A stretch of 64,000 bases of DNA from Gemmatales bacterium. GTDB taxonomy: Bacteria; Planctomycetota; Planctomycetia; Gemmatales; HRBIN36. The stretch's first letter is position 1, and each line of letters opens with the position of its first letter. The stretch covers positions 224,001 to 288,000 of the forward strand of contig JBEPZY010000005.1 in NCBI GenBank assembly GCA_041640595.1, in the 5' to 3' direction. Positions 50,969 to 60,599 of this stretch are shown here, piece by piece. A program made the translations under genes and the position numbers. The notes beneath the pieces are model-generated. The model ran no database searches. It saw only the letters and a list, made by a program, of their open reading frames with translations, and was not told where the DNA came from.

Positions 50969-51994
50969 ATGCGAGTGGCTTTGACAGGATTTGCGGGAAG
51001 CGGAAAAACCACCCTGTTCAGGTGGCTCACCGGGGTCCAGCCTGATACGGCAGCGGGTGTACGTGGCCAACTCGGTGTAGCTCGCCTGCACGATGAGCGC
51101 TTGCAATGGCTGGCGGCACAGGCCCATTCCCGGAAAGTTACCCCTGCGACTCTGGAGTTTCTCGACGTGCCCGGACTGGTCAGTGAGGATACCAGAGACA
51201 ATGCCCGTCGTCTGGCCACATTGCGAGAAGCCGATGCATTGCTGCTGGTGCTGGCCACGTTTCGCGAAGAACCGCTTGCCGAGTATCGCCGGTTGCAGGC
51301 CGAACTCACTCTGGCCGATCTGGAAATCGTGAGCAATCGCCTGCAACGGTTGGAAGCCCTGAGTCGGAAGGGGCGCTCCGCCGCTGAACGCGAGGCAGAC
51401 GAACGAGAACGCGGACTGTTGTTGCGGTTACAGCAGGCGCTGGAGCAGCAGAACCAGGTGACGCTTACGCCGGAAGAAAGCAAATTGGTTCGCGCCTTCC
51501 AGTTGTTCTCGCTGAAACCGCAAATGGTTCTGCTCAACACCAGCGAGAGTTTACCCGAAAGCCGCTTGCCTGCGGAGTTGCTTCGTCTCAACCCGCCACC
51601 CCTCGCGGTGCCGGTGCAACTGGAGTGGGAACTCAGTCAGTTGCCGGAAGCGGAGCGTGAATCGTTTGCTCGGGAGTTGGGACTGGAACGTCTTGGGCCG
51701 GATGAGGTGCTCAGGCGGATTTTTTACGGTCTGGGACAGATTGTCTTTTTCACGATGAATGAGGAAGAATGTCGGGCCTGGCCCATTCGCGCTGGCACAC
51801 CGGTCGTGCAAGCCGCAGGCACTATCCACAGCGATTTTGAGGCCGGTTTTATTCGCGCTGAGGTCATCCCGTTTCCGGAATTGCGTAAGTCAGGTTCGCT
51901 CAAAGAAGCGAAAGCTCACGGGTTGGTGCGGTTGGAAGGAAAAACCTACACTGTACAGGATGGCGATGTCATTTACATCCTGGCCCACCGCTAG
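50969..51994 (+). CDS. YchF/Obg-like ATPase with C-terminal TGS (DUF933) domain, divergent
   Basis: GFAGSGKTT, DVPG, NTSE, AAGTIHSDF..GFIRAEV, EGKTYTVQDGDVI. Confidence 0.88.
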   Translation: MRVALTGFAGSGKTTLFRWLTGVQPDTAAGVRGQLGVARLHDERLQWLAAQAHSRKVTPATLEFLDVPGLVSEDTRDNARRLATLREADALLLVLATFREEPLAEYRRLQAELTLADLEIVSNRLQRLEALSRKGRSAAEREADERERGLLLRLQQALEQQNQVTLTPEESKLVRAFQLFSLKPQMVLLNTSESLPESRLPAELLRLNPPPLAVPVQLEWELSQLPEAERESFARELGLERLGPDEVLRRIFYGLGQIVFFTMNEEECRAWPIRAGTPVVQAAGTIHSDFEAGFIRAEVIPFPELRKSGSLKEAKAHGLVRLEGKTYTVQDGDVIYILAHR

Positions 51995-52141
51995 ACCGCA
52001 GAACAGCAGCCCAGGTTTGTCAAATTGTTGACACCAATACATTCCAGCATCTCAGTATCGTGGCCGCACCGCTAAACCAAAGGGCCGCCGTATGCGCTTG
52101 TGGAAGCCCTGTCGGCCAGTTTGTTCGCCTGCCACGCGCGC

Positions 52142-52181
52142 AAAAAAGAACCGTGGGCTTGGGCCCACGGTCGCACTTTTT
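52142..52181. terminator. Bidirectional rho-independent terminator
   Basis: AAAAAAG then ACCGTGGGC-TTGG-GCCCACGGT then TTTTT, between convergent genes. Confidence 0.8.
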
Positions 52182-52317
52182 GTCGAGCAGATTCCAGCGC
52201 TCACTGACGCCCAGCGGTTAGCTGAGCCGTAATAGTTTGCCCGCGCTCTTCTGGTTGCAATGTGTGTCAGGCAAGCTCAGATGCGAAAGTTGGGGGCTTG
52301 CGCCACGTTGCCCCGTG

Positions 52318-52926
52318 CTAGTTGCTCTTGTTTTTCGGCTTGAGCGGGATGGTGTACAGGTAAATGGTGCGTTCGAAGCCATCGGCATTGACGCGTTCGA
52401 CCTTGTCCGGTTCATAGCCCGGAATCTCAAAGGAATGCGATACTACGCGCGTACCGGGCTTCATTTTCTGCAACTGCGGCACCAGCTTTTCGTTGAGCGA
52501 AGTGAGCAGGTAAAGGGTAACTACCGTGGGCGGCGGAATTTTATCGTCGATGCCTTTGGCCAGGTCCAGTGTGAAGATGTCTTTCTGGACGATGGTGACG
52601 AGGTTTTCCACACCGTTTTTCTTGACGTTATCGAGGGACTCTTTGACGCGTTGTGGGTCAATGTCCACGCCCACACCGCGGCAGCCGTATTGCTTGGCAG
52701 CGGTGACCACAATTCGCCCGTCACCACAGCCGAGATCGTAAACCACGTCCGCCTTGGTTACCTTAGCCAGTTCGAGCATCTTCTCGACTACCGGCTGGGG
52801 AGTGGGCACGAAAATCACATCCGGCCGCCGCTCCTGTGCCGAACCGCAACTGAGCAGAGCCGCTAAGGTGACTGTCAGGCCGGCAATTGCCAGACCAGAC
52901 ATCCCGCGTTGCATCGTCCGTCGCAT
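52318..52926 (-). CDS. Exported class I SAM-dependent methyltransferase
   Basis: Signal peptide, FVPTP, YDLGCGDGRI, VVTLYL, GTRVVSH; GGGAGG SD before ATG 52926. Confidence 0.9.
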   Translation of the reverse strand: MRRTMQRGMSGLAIAGLTVTLAALLSCGSAQERRPDVIFVPTPQPVVEKMLELAKVTKADVVYDLGCGDGRIVVTAAKQYGCRGVGVDIDPQRVKESLDNVKKNGVENLVTIVQKDIFTLDLAKGIDDKIPPPTVVTLYLLTSLNEKLVPQLQKMKPGTRVVSHSFEIPGYEPDKVERVNADGFERTIYLYTIPLKPKNKSN

Positions 52927-53144
52927 GGAAGCACCTCCCTTGTTTGGTTGCCACGACTCTGCGGCCCCATGCCGCATTAGTTCCTAACATAGCCAATGCG
53001 CCGCTTGCCTTCAATATGCCCTGCTGAAAATCTACCTTGCTGGTGATTTTTGCAGCGCCAATGGGCTGCTCAGGCTGGTTTACAATAAACTGATTGCGCG
53101 TGCTGAGATGGAAAGTATCCACCTGGTGGTCGAAGGAGCAGGTC

Positions 53145-54119
53145 ATGGCCGAGTGCACACCCCGAATGGCCCGGCGAGAATTTCTGCGAGCCGTAGCGGC
53201 GACAGCGACAATGCTCGCCTCGCGATCCGCCCAACCTGGGTTCGGTCAGGAACAATCGCCGCCCAGAAAACCAACGCAATTTCAGATTGCGTGCATGACT
53301 TTGCCTTACAGTGCCTTTCCGTTAGCGCGAGCGTTGCAGGGAATTAAGGCAGCCGGGTATCGCTATGTCGCCTGGGGCACCTCGCACAACGAAAACGGCA
53401 AAAGTGTTCCGGTGATGCCTGCGGATGCTCCGCCGCAACGCGCACGCGAATTGGCTCAGCGTTGCCGCGATCTCGGATTGGAACCGGTGATGATGTTTTC
53501 TGGCATTTATCCCGATAATCCGAAAGCCTACGAAGTTCTGGCCCGGCGAGTCGAACAAGCCGCGGCAGCAGGCATTCCACAGGTGCTGACTTTCAGCAGC
53601 ACCAGTGGCGGAAATCGTCCAGCCTTCATCGAAACCTTGAAGAAGCTCGGGCCGATTTGCCGCGACCACAACGTCCTGATCGTGGTCAAGCAACATGGCG
53701 GACTGACAGCGTCGGGCGAGCTCTGTCTGGGCATTATTCGTGAAGTCGGCCAGGACTGGATCAAAATCAATTACGACGCAGGCAACGTAATGGACTACCT
53801 GAACATTGATCCGATTCCCGACCTGCGTAAATGCGCTGAGGAAGTGCGGAGTTTTTGCATCAAGGATCACCGCAATTTCCCGAAGGACGAAGATTGCGGC
53901 CCGGGGTTCGGCGAGATCGATCACTACAAGCTGCTTTACGAGGTGGCCTGGACTGGTCGGGTGATGCCCCTGTGTTGCGAAAACATCTCTGCCCCACTGT
54001 TGCCGCGACCGAAAACTCCTGAAGGTGTGGACGACCTGGCTCGTCGAGCACGCGAGTTTCTGGAGACCGTGATTGCAGGTCTGCACAGCCTGCCGACCCC
54101 GGCTCCGAAGAAGCCCTAA
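53145..54119 (+). CDS. Tat-exported sugar phosphate isomerase/epimerase TIM barrel
   Basis: ARREFL twin-arginine motif, KQHGG, NYDAGN, CIKD; AAGGAG SD. Confidence 0.85.
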   Translation: MAECTPRMARREFLRAVAATATMLASRSAQPGFGQEQSPPRKPTQFQIACMTLPYSAFPLARALQGIKAAGYRYVAWGTSHNENGKSVPVMPADAPPQRARELAQRCRDLGLEPVMMFSGIYPDNPKAYEVLARRVEQAAAAGIPQVLTFSSTSGGNRPAFIETLKKLGPICRDHNVLIVVKQHGGLTASGELCLGIIREVGQDWIKINYDAGNVMDYLNIDPIPDLRKCAEEVRSFCIKDHRNFPKDEDCGPGFGEIDHYKLLYEVAWTGRVMPLCCENISAPLLPRPKTPEGVDDLARRAREFLETVIAGLHSLPTPAPKKP

Positions 54120-55744
54120 ACGCGGTAGCCTTGCCACGAACCGTGTGCAAAACGGATCAAAAAGGCCAGGCCGCGAACGACAAGGTCGCTCACCATCGCC
54201 AGCCAGGCACCCAGCAACCCCAGTTGCCAGTCCGGTCCGGTCAACCAGTAAGCCAGAGGAATCCGTATTCCCAGAAAGCCGACCCAGGTAAACAGCACGG
54301 GTACCCGCGTGTCGCCGGCACCACGCAGCGCACCCGTGAAGATAATGCACGAAGCCAGCACCGGCATAGCGTAAGCAATGAGCCGCAACACAGGCACGCC
54401 CGTGTGAACGATCGGTTCTTGCTCCGGATAAGGGCAGAAGAGACGAAACATCGGTTCGGCCAGGAGGTAGAAAACCAGGCCCATAACGCACATCACCCCG
54501 CAGCCGATTCCGAACGCTGTCCAGCCACTTTTCGCGGCACGCTGCGGACTACCGGCACCGAGCGACTGTCCTACCATGGTCATGGCCGCGGCAGCAAATG
54601 CCCCTCCGGACAGATAGCCCAGCGCTTCCCACTGAATGGCGATTCCGTGAGCGGCACTGGCGACCATTCCCAGCCGGTTCACGATGCTCAAAAACCATAG
54701 TTGCCACACTACTACCGAAAGGCTGTCCACGCCGGCAGGGATACTGACTCGGAGAATGCGAACCATCAGTTCGGCCTCGATGCGGAAATAACGACGCCGC
54801 AAACGCAAGCCAGCCCGCCCGTGTTTCAGTACCAGCAATACTGCCAGTGAACCAAGCACCTGACTGCACGCGGTGCCGACTGCGATGCCAACGAATCCCA
54901 ATTCCGGAAACGGTCCCCAGCCGAGGCAAAATGCCCAGCTGAGTGGTAAGTTGATAATCGCCACGCCCGACAAAACCCACATTCCGGTTATGGTGTCGCC
55001 AGCGCCTGCCAGGCAGGCTAGACCCACGGATTCCACCATCTGCCACGTGAGCGCCAGAAAGATCGGCCGAAGATACGTTGCTGCATAAATCGCAGCCTCC
55101 CCTTGCAGTCGCAAAACCTGTACCAGCCAGTCTGTAATGAGCAGTCCGGCCACGCTCCCGGCCAGCCCAAAGGCCAAACCCAGCAAGATCGCCTGGTGTG
55201 TGGCGCGATTGGCTTGCTCCCATTCTCCCGCGCCAACATGCCGTGCCACCACAGCCGTTGCACCGACCGATACCAACACAGTGAAACTGCTCAGGAACCA
55301 GCTCAGATAACCGGCCGTGGTTTGTGCCGATTGGTAAGCGACCACGCGTAACCGCTGCTGCTCAGCTTCGCGGATAAGCCAGGCCGCCACCAGTCGCGAA
55401 CTCAAATCAGGGTGTGCTTGCAATGCCAGCGCCCGGCCGTAGCGGGCCTGATACTCCGCCCAGTGCGATTCCGACATGCCCAGAAACCTGCCGGCAATCA
55501 GCCGATCCGACAGCGATACGGCCAGGGTCAGGAATTGCTGCACCATGACTGGCAAGGCCAGTGCCAGCGTCCAGCGCCAGAGACTACGCTGGAGCACAGC
55601 CAAGCTGGTACTGGATTGTGCGGATGCCGAGTGTTCGGGGAAATCGGAGTCCGATAATGCCGAGTCTGGCTTCGTCGCGGGGGAATCCTGGCCATCGGCT
55701 TGCAGGTTCATAATCGTGCCTTTGCGAGTCTTTACGCTGACCAT
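54116..55744 (-). CDS. MATE family efflux transporter
   Basis: LALPV, AVVARHVGA, GAGDT twice, VGQSLGAG; about 12 TM segments. Confidence 0.9.
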   Translation of the reverse strand: MVSVKTRKGTIMNLQADGQDSPATKPDSALSDSDFPEHSASAQSSTSLAVLQRSLWRWTLALALPVMVQQFLTLAVSLSDRLIAGRFLGMSESHWAEYQARYGRALALQAHPDLSSRLVAAWLIREAEQQRLRVVAYQSAQTTAGYLSWFLSSFTVLVSVGATAVVARHVGAGEWEQANRATHQAILLGLAFGLAGSVAGLLITDWLVQVLRLQGEAAIYAATYLRPIFLALTWQMVESVGLACLAGAGDTITGMWVLSGVAIINLPLSWAFCLGWGPFPELGFVGIAVGTACSQVLGSLAVLLVLKHGRAGLRLRRRYFRIEAELMVRILRVSIPAGVDSLSVVVWQLWFLSIVNRLGMVASAAHGIAIQWEALGYLSGGAFAAAAMTMVGQSLGAGSPQRAAKSGWTAFGIGCGVMCVMGLVFYLLAEPMFRLFCPYPEQEPIVHTGVPVLRLIAYAMPVLASCIIFTGALRGAGDTRVPVLFTWVGFLGIRIPLAYWLTGPDWQLGLLGAWLAMVSDLVVRGLAFLIRFAHGSWQGYRV

Positions 55745-55789
55745 GGCAGCATTTTTGGGCGAGCAACCTTATTGTGCGAGGATGACTCC

Positions 55790-56176
55790 ATGCCCATCAA
55801 GACCAAACGCTGGAACGATCCCGTGGAACCGGATGACGGCTTCCGCTTGCTCATCTGCCGTTACCGACCGCGTGGCGTTTCCAAACAGGAGGAGACGTGG
55901 GATGCCTGGTGGCCCGAATTAGGGCCCAGCCGCGAATTGCACGCTGCCTACTGGGGCAAACAGGGCCAGCCTATTTCCTGGGCTGAGTACCGCCGCCGCT
56001 ATCTCGCCGAAATGAAGAAGCAGACCGATCGCTTAAACCAGCTGGTCGAACGGTTGCGACACGGGGAAACGATAACGCTTTTGTGTTCGTCGGCGTGCGT
56101 CCATGAACAACGGTGCCACCGCTGGCTGCTCAAGCAGTTGCTCGAGAAGATGCTCGCAGGCAACAAAACCAGTTGA
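55790..56176 (+). CDS. DUF488 family protein
   Basis: IKTKR..DDGFRLLI.R..PRGVSK..W..ELGPS.EL..ITLL..CHR. Confidence 0.88.
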   Translation: MPIKTKRWNDPVEPDDGFRLLICRYRPRGVSKQEETWDAWWPELGPSRELHAAYWGKQGQPISWAEYRRRYLAEMKKQTDRLNQLVERLRHGETITLLCSSACVHEQRCHRWLLKQLLEKMLAGNKTS

Positions 56177-56269
56177 CCGTAGCGACACGACAGCGGCAGT
56201 TCTGGCGTGTTAAAGCGTCGCCGAGACTGCATCTTTTCGCATCGGTCAGTTATAGCAGGTCCGTTCCTG

Positions 56270-58216
56270 CTACGTCGGCTCATTGAATTTGCTTCTGGCA
56301 AGCCGACGCATTTTCGGACCAGGTGTGTTGTGTGGGGAAATATGGCCCGGCCAGGTGCTCGTTCCGGAGATTATGTAAAAGACAAAAAGAATTGCCAGCA
56401 ACGCACCGAACAGAGCCCCCACAATCGCGTCTGTAGTCGTGCTTCTCGTGAAAGGGCCGAGAAAAGCAGATCGTGCAGCACCACACGCGGCGCCCAACAA
56501 CGCCGCGACAACCGGTGCCAGGATTGCCGACCAGCCAAGGTTCACCCACCGGATCGGCCGTTGCCAGGCCCATTCCGCCAGCATCAACAGTTGCCGGGAT
56601 TCCCATCCCAGGTAACGGCGTTGCAATGACGGACCGAGTTCGGCCCACAGTTCCACCGGCAATTGAGGTGTCTGCAAGCCTCGCTCCTTGCGCAAGCGAG
56701 ACAGCAGCCATTGCAAATCGCGCAACTGGGCGGCGGAGAGTTTTTCCCACATCCGGCTCTGGAGGCAGCGCAAGCGGGTCAACAGTTGTCGTCGCGTTTC
56801 GTGCAGCCTTCGGCGAGCTTCGGCCACCGGACGGAAGGCGCTGGCTGCTTGTTTGACCCGCGCCAGCCACTGCATGCGTTCCCAGGTCGGCTCGCCGTCG
56901 GGCAGCACTTTGAGCAGAGCGCTCGGTGCCTGGTCGGGATTGTGCAAGAGCCGATTCCAGATCACATCACGTATTCGCGGCGTAATCCCAGCAGGCAAAG
57001 GGGCATTTTCGACTTCCTGACGCAGGGAGTCGGCATGCGCTTCCGCTTGCTGCAACCGCTCCAGACAGGTGCGCAATTGCGGATGCGTTCCACGACGGAC
57101 CTGCAAAATCGCTTCGCTGATCGCCAGATATTGTTTCTGCAAACTCGCCAGTTTCTCCGGTAAGTTCGGCAAATCAGCATCCGGAGCGTAATCGCGGGAC
57201 ACTGCTGGCAAAGATATGTCACTCTCGCCCGGAAAATCATTTTCCTGGACGAGTTCCACGACCGGAGCCACGCTGAGCCGGGCTACCAGTTCGCGGACAA
57301 ACGCGCCTGCCGACATGGGTCGCGCTTCGGGGTTGGGCGAGAGAGCGAGGCGGAGCCAGTCGTGTTCGCATGGCAAAAGTCCTTCGACATGAAAATCGCC
57401 TCGCTGTTGCCGCTGCGCGATTTCGTGGGGATCATCTCCGAATGGAGGTCTCCCGGTGCGCAGGTGGACATAGGTCGCTGCCAGACCGTACACGTCTATA
57501 GTCGGATGTAACTGCCGCGGCTGGGCAAATGCTTCCGGCGGTGTGTAACCGAATGTGCCAGCACCGCTGTGAGAAACAACACTGAGTCCGGCGAGTTTCA
57601 ATAGTTCCAGGTCGCCCACTTTCACTTGCCCGCCGACCAGGAACAGATTGTGTGGTTTGATGTCGCGGTGATAGATGCCGCGAGTGTTGAGAAAATCAAT
57701 TCCCTCGGCTGCCTGTTCCAGGTAACTGAGCAGTTCGTCCAGAGGCAAACCCTGCTGACCTGCCTGCTGATACGCACGCAGACGATCGGCGAGCGTGCCT
57801 TCTTCGGCCAGCTCCCAGATGGTCACCAGGTGCCCCAGCACCAGTTCATAGGCGATCAGCGTCAGCAAATGTGGATGACCGCCCAAACGCAGCAGCAGTT
57901 GCACAGCTTCCAGTTGCCGAGCAGCCACGGTGCCGTCGCCATCCACGGGGTCGAGATTGATTTTGACCGCACGCGGAATGCCATCTACTTCTTCGCGGTA
58001 AACGACAGCAAATCCGCCTCGGCCGATTTCTTCGTTGAGCTTCCAGCCATACTGCTGCCGCAACGTATCCACTACTGCGGAGAAACCGCGAATGTTGCGA
58101 CAACCGGGCCACGTTGACGGTGGACTCGCACTGTTTTCACCTGGAATCGAATCCGGACGAACATCTGGGCGATTAACTCCATCCGGAGAGGAATTCTGCT
58201 CGACCTGATCATCCAT
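56270..58216 (-). CDS. Hanks-type Ser/Thr protein kinase with coiled-coil region and C-terminal TM helices
   Basis: IGRGGFAVVY, AVK, HRDIKPHN, GT..YTPPE, DVYGLA. Probable start ATG 58216 (ORF track 58393). Confidence 0.9.
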   Translation of the reverse strand: MDDQVEQNSSPDGVNRPDVRPDSIPGENSASPPSTWPGCRNIRGFSAVVDTLRQQYGWKLNEEIGRGGFAVVYREEVDGIPRAVKINLDPVDGDGTVAARQLEAVQLLLRLGGHPHLLTLIAYELVLGHLVTIWELAEEGTLADRLRAYQQAGQQGLPLDELLSYLEQAAEGIDFLNTRGIYHRDIKPHNLFLVGGQVKVGDLELLKLAGLSVVSHSGAGTFGYTPPEAFAQPRQLHPTIDVYGLAATYVHLRTGRPPFGDDPHEIAQRQQRGDFHVEGLLPCEHDWLRLALSPNPEARPMSAGAFVRELVARLSVAPVVELVQENDFPGESDISLPAVSRDYAPDADLPNLPEKLASLQKQYLAISEAILQVRRGTHPQLRTCLERLQQAEAHADSLRQEVENAPLPAGITPRIRDVIWNRLLHNPDQAPSALLKVLPDGEPTWERMQWLARVKQAASAFRPVAEARRRLHETRRQLLTRLRCLQSRMWEKLSAAQLRDLQWLLSRLRKERGLQTPQLPVELWAELGPSLQRRYLGWESRQLLMLAEWAWQRPIRWVNLGWSAILAPVVAALLGAACGAARSAFLGPFTRSTTTDAIVGALFGALLAILFVFYIISGTSTWPGHISPHNTPGPKMRRLARSKFNEPT

Positions 58217-58422
58217 AACCAAACTCCGTAGCAATCGCCAGTTCTGGCCGATTCGCTCGTCCGACCTGGCAGAGAGCCTTTTACCCCGTACGCTCTTCTT
58301 GGTGTCATTATACCGCCCGGCCGACAGGATTGCCGCTTCCTGGCCGGCGACTTCGAAGGCGTAACGTTGGCCGGGAAATGACGCACCTGACACCCTCGCT
58401 TCAGGATAGCGCGGGGCGTTAT

Positions 58423-60132
58423 TCAGTAACCGGCGGCGTAACCGTCCTTGCGATATTCACTGCCGCCCAGGAGCGTACCGTGTTCCCAATCAATAAGGAT
58501 GCCCTGATAACCGCCACCATTTCTGGCAACTCGCCGCACTCGGTGACCGCGCCGCTGCAGTTCTGCCACGACGGTCTCAGGAATCCCTGGTTCGGCCAGT
58601 ACGGTACCGCCTTGCGGATCGCCAGGCCGACCGGTCGGCGTCGCCGAACCAACATGCTCGATTCGGGGTGCCTCGCCGGCCGCCTGCACGTCCATGCCGA
58701 AATCAATCAGATTCACCAGTATCTGCACCTGCCCTTGCGGTTGCATATCGCCACCCATCACGCCAAAGACGAACCACGGTTTTCCATCTCGCGTTACCAG
58801 GGCAGGAATGATCGTGTGAAACGGACGTTTGCGCGGTTCGAGCCGATTGGCATGATGTTCGTCCAGCGCAAATAAGGCACCACGATTCTGCAAGGCGAAC
58901 CCCAGTTCTCCGGGCACCAATCCCGAACCAAAACCGTAATAATTGCTCTGAATCAGCGAGACGCAATTGCGGTCTTTATCCACGACGCACAGGTATATAG
59001 TGTCGCCCGAACGAAGTTTGGCATCACCAGCGGGAATCTCAGTCAGAGCGCGATCCCGACGAATCAACTTGCGGCGGGCATCGGCGTAGGGTTTGGAGAT
59101 CAACTCCGCCAGCGGGATCCTGGCGAATTCCGGATCGGCGTAATATCGGGCACGGTCGGCGTAGGCCAGTTTCTTCGCCTCGATGAACAGGTGCCACCAG
59201 TCGGCACTGTTCGGTCCCAGCGATTTCAGATCGTAACCCTCCAGAATGTTCAGCATTTGCAGTACAGCAATCCCCTGGCCCGGCGGAGGCAACTCCCAAA
59301 CCTGATAACCGCGATACGTGGTGCTGACGGGTTCCACCCATGTGGACGTATGTTCGGCAAAATCCTGCAGCGTAAACAGTCCGCCGACCCGATCCGAATA
59401 GGCGACGATCTCTCGAGCAATGCGACCACGATAAAAAGCGTCCCGACCTTTTTCAGCCAGTTCGCGGTAGGTTTGCGCCAGGTAGGGATTGCGGAACAGC
59501 TCCCCTGTGCGTGGCGCTCGACCATGGGGCAGGAAAGTTTTGCTCGCTTCCGGTGAACGCTGTAACAACGGCTCCGCGGCCCGCCAGTAACCGGCAATTA
59601 CCTCCGGCACGGGGAAACCCTGTTCGGCGTAGCGAATGCTCGGTTCGAGGAGTTCGGCGAGCGTCTTAGTGCCGAATCGTTTGCGCAATTCCTCCCAGCC
59701 ATCCACGCAACCGGGCACCGACCAGGAAAGCGGTCCTGTTGTCGGAATTTCCTGGTAACCGTGCTGTTTGAACCAGGTAATAGTGGCGCGGGCCGGTGCA
59801 CGACCGCTGGCATTCAAGCCGTAGAGTTTCTGCGTTTTTGCATCCCAGACGATCGCAAACAGATCACCACCAATGCCGCACGACATCGGCTCCATCAATC
59901 CCATGGCGGCGCTGGTGGCTATTGCGGCATCTACAGCGTTCCCGCCACTTTTGAGGATGTCGAGGCCAATCTGCACGGCGAGCGGATGGCTGGTGGCCAC
60001 CATGCCGTTTTTGGCTACCGCTACCGAACGTCCGGATTTCCCGGCGGGAATTGCTGCTCGTTCTGCCGCCAATAGTACCGTTACAGCGAGCGTCGCTGCG
60101 GTCAGTAGCAGGGTCGTTTTCATGGGGGGCAC
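58423..60132 (-). CDS. ggt: Gamma-glutamyltransferase
   Basis: GGNAVDAAIA, GIGGDLF, SVPG, autocleavage GD-TI, KRPFHTIIP, GVMGG.MQPQG. Confidence 0.95.
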   Translation of the reverse strand: MPPMKTTLLLTAATLAVTVLLAAERAAIPAGKSGRSVAVAKNGMVATSHPLAVQIGLDILKSGGNAVDAAIATSAAMGLMEPMSCGIGGDLFAIVWDAKTQKLYGLNASGRAPARATITWFKQHGYQEIPTTGPLSWSVPGCVDGWEELRKRFGTKTLAELLEPSIRYAEQGFPVPEVIAGYWRAAEPLLQRSPEASKTFLPHGRAPRTGELFRNPYLAQTYRELAEKGRDAFYRGRIAREIVAYSDRVGGLFTLQDFAEHTSTWVEPVSTTYRGYQVWELPPPGQGIAVLQMLNILEGYDLKSLGPNSADWWHLFIEAKKLAYADRARYYADPEFARIPLAELISKPYADARRKLIRRDRALTEIPAGDAKLRSGDTIYLCVVDKDRNCVSLIQSNYYGFGSGLVPGELGFALQNRGALFALDEHHANRLEPRKRPFHTIIPALVTRDGKPWFVFGVMGGDMQPQGQVQILVNLIDFGMDVQAAGEAPRIEHVGSATPTGRPGDPQGGTVLAEPGIPETVVAELQRRGHRVRRVARNGGGYQGILIDWEHGTLLGGSEYRKDGYAAGY

Positions 60133-60142
60133 TCTTTCGCAG

Positions 60143-60553
60143 TTAGCGGTTGCAACCTTCGGGGAAAATCGGCACAGGTTGTCGTCCGGAGGGTGTCTCG
60201 GCTATGGCGACATAGACCACGTCGGCTTCGGTGACCTTAATCATGCGTCCGTCGCGTTCCACTTCGACATCCACATGCATGGTGATGGAAGTACGGCCAA
60301 TCTTGAGCAGTTGTGTCCAGTAGTTGACGACGTCACCCACCAGGACGGGATGGTGGAACTCAACGCGGTTCATGGCCACGGTGACCAGTACCGGAACATG
60401 GTGAGTCCGACGACTGATCTCCCATTGTGCTCCGATCGCCCCTGCCTGATCCATCTGGCTCAACAACACGCCGCCAAAGATCGTCCCGTGCGGGTTAGTA
60501 TCTCGCGGCATCATCACCGTCTTGAGAGCCAGATAGCGATCGGCCATGCTCAA
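60143..60553 (-). CDS. Hotdog-fold acyl-CoA thioesterase (YciA-like)
   Basis: MPRDTNPHGTIFGG..MD, VTVA, GRTS, YVAI. Confidence 0.92.
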   Translation of the reverse strand: MSMADRYLALKTVMMPRDTNPHGTIFGGVLLSQMDQAGAIGAQWEISRRTHHVPVLVTVAMNRVEFHHPVLVGDVVNYWTQLLKIGRTSITMHVDVEVERDGRMIKVTEADVVYVAIAETPSGRQPVPIFPEGCNR

Positions 60554-60599
60554 TTGCCACTAATATGGCGAAATCGCCACCGTTGCGGCCCGGTTGACG

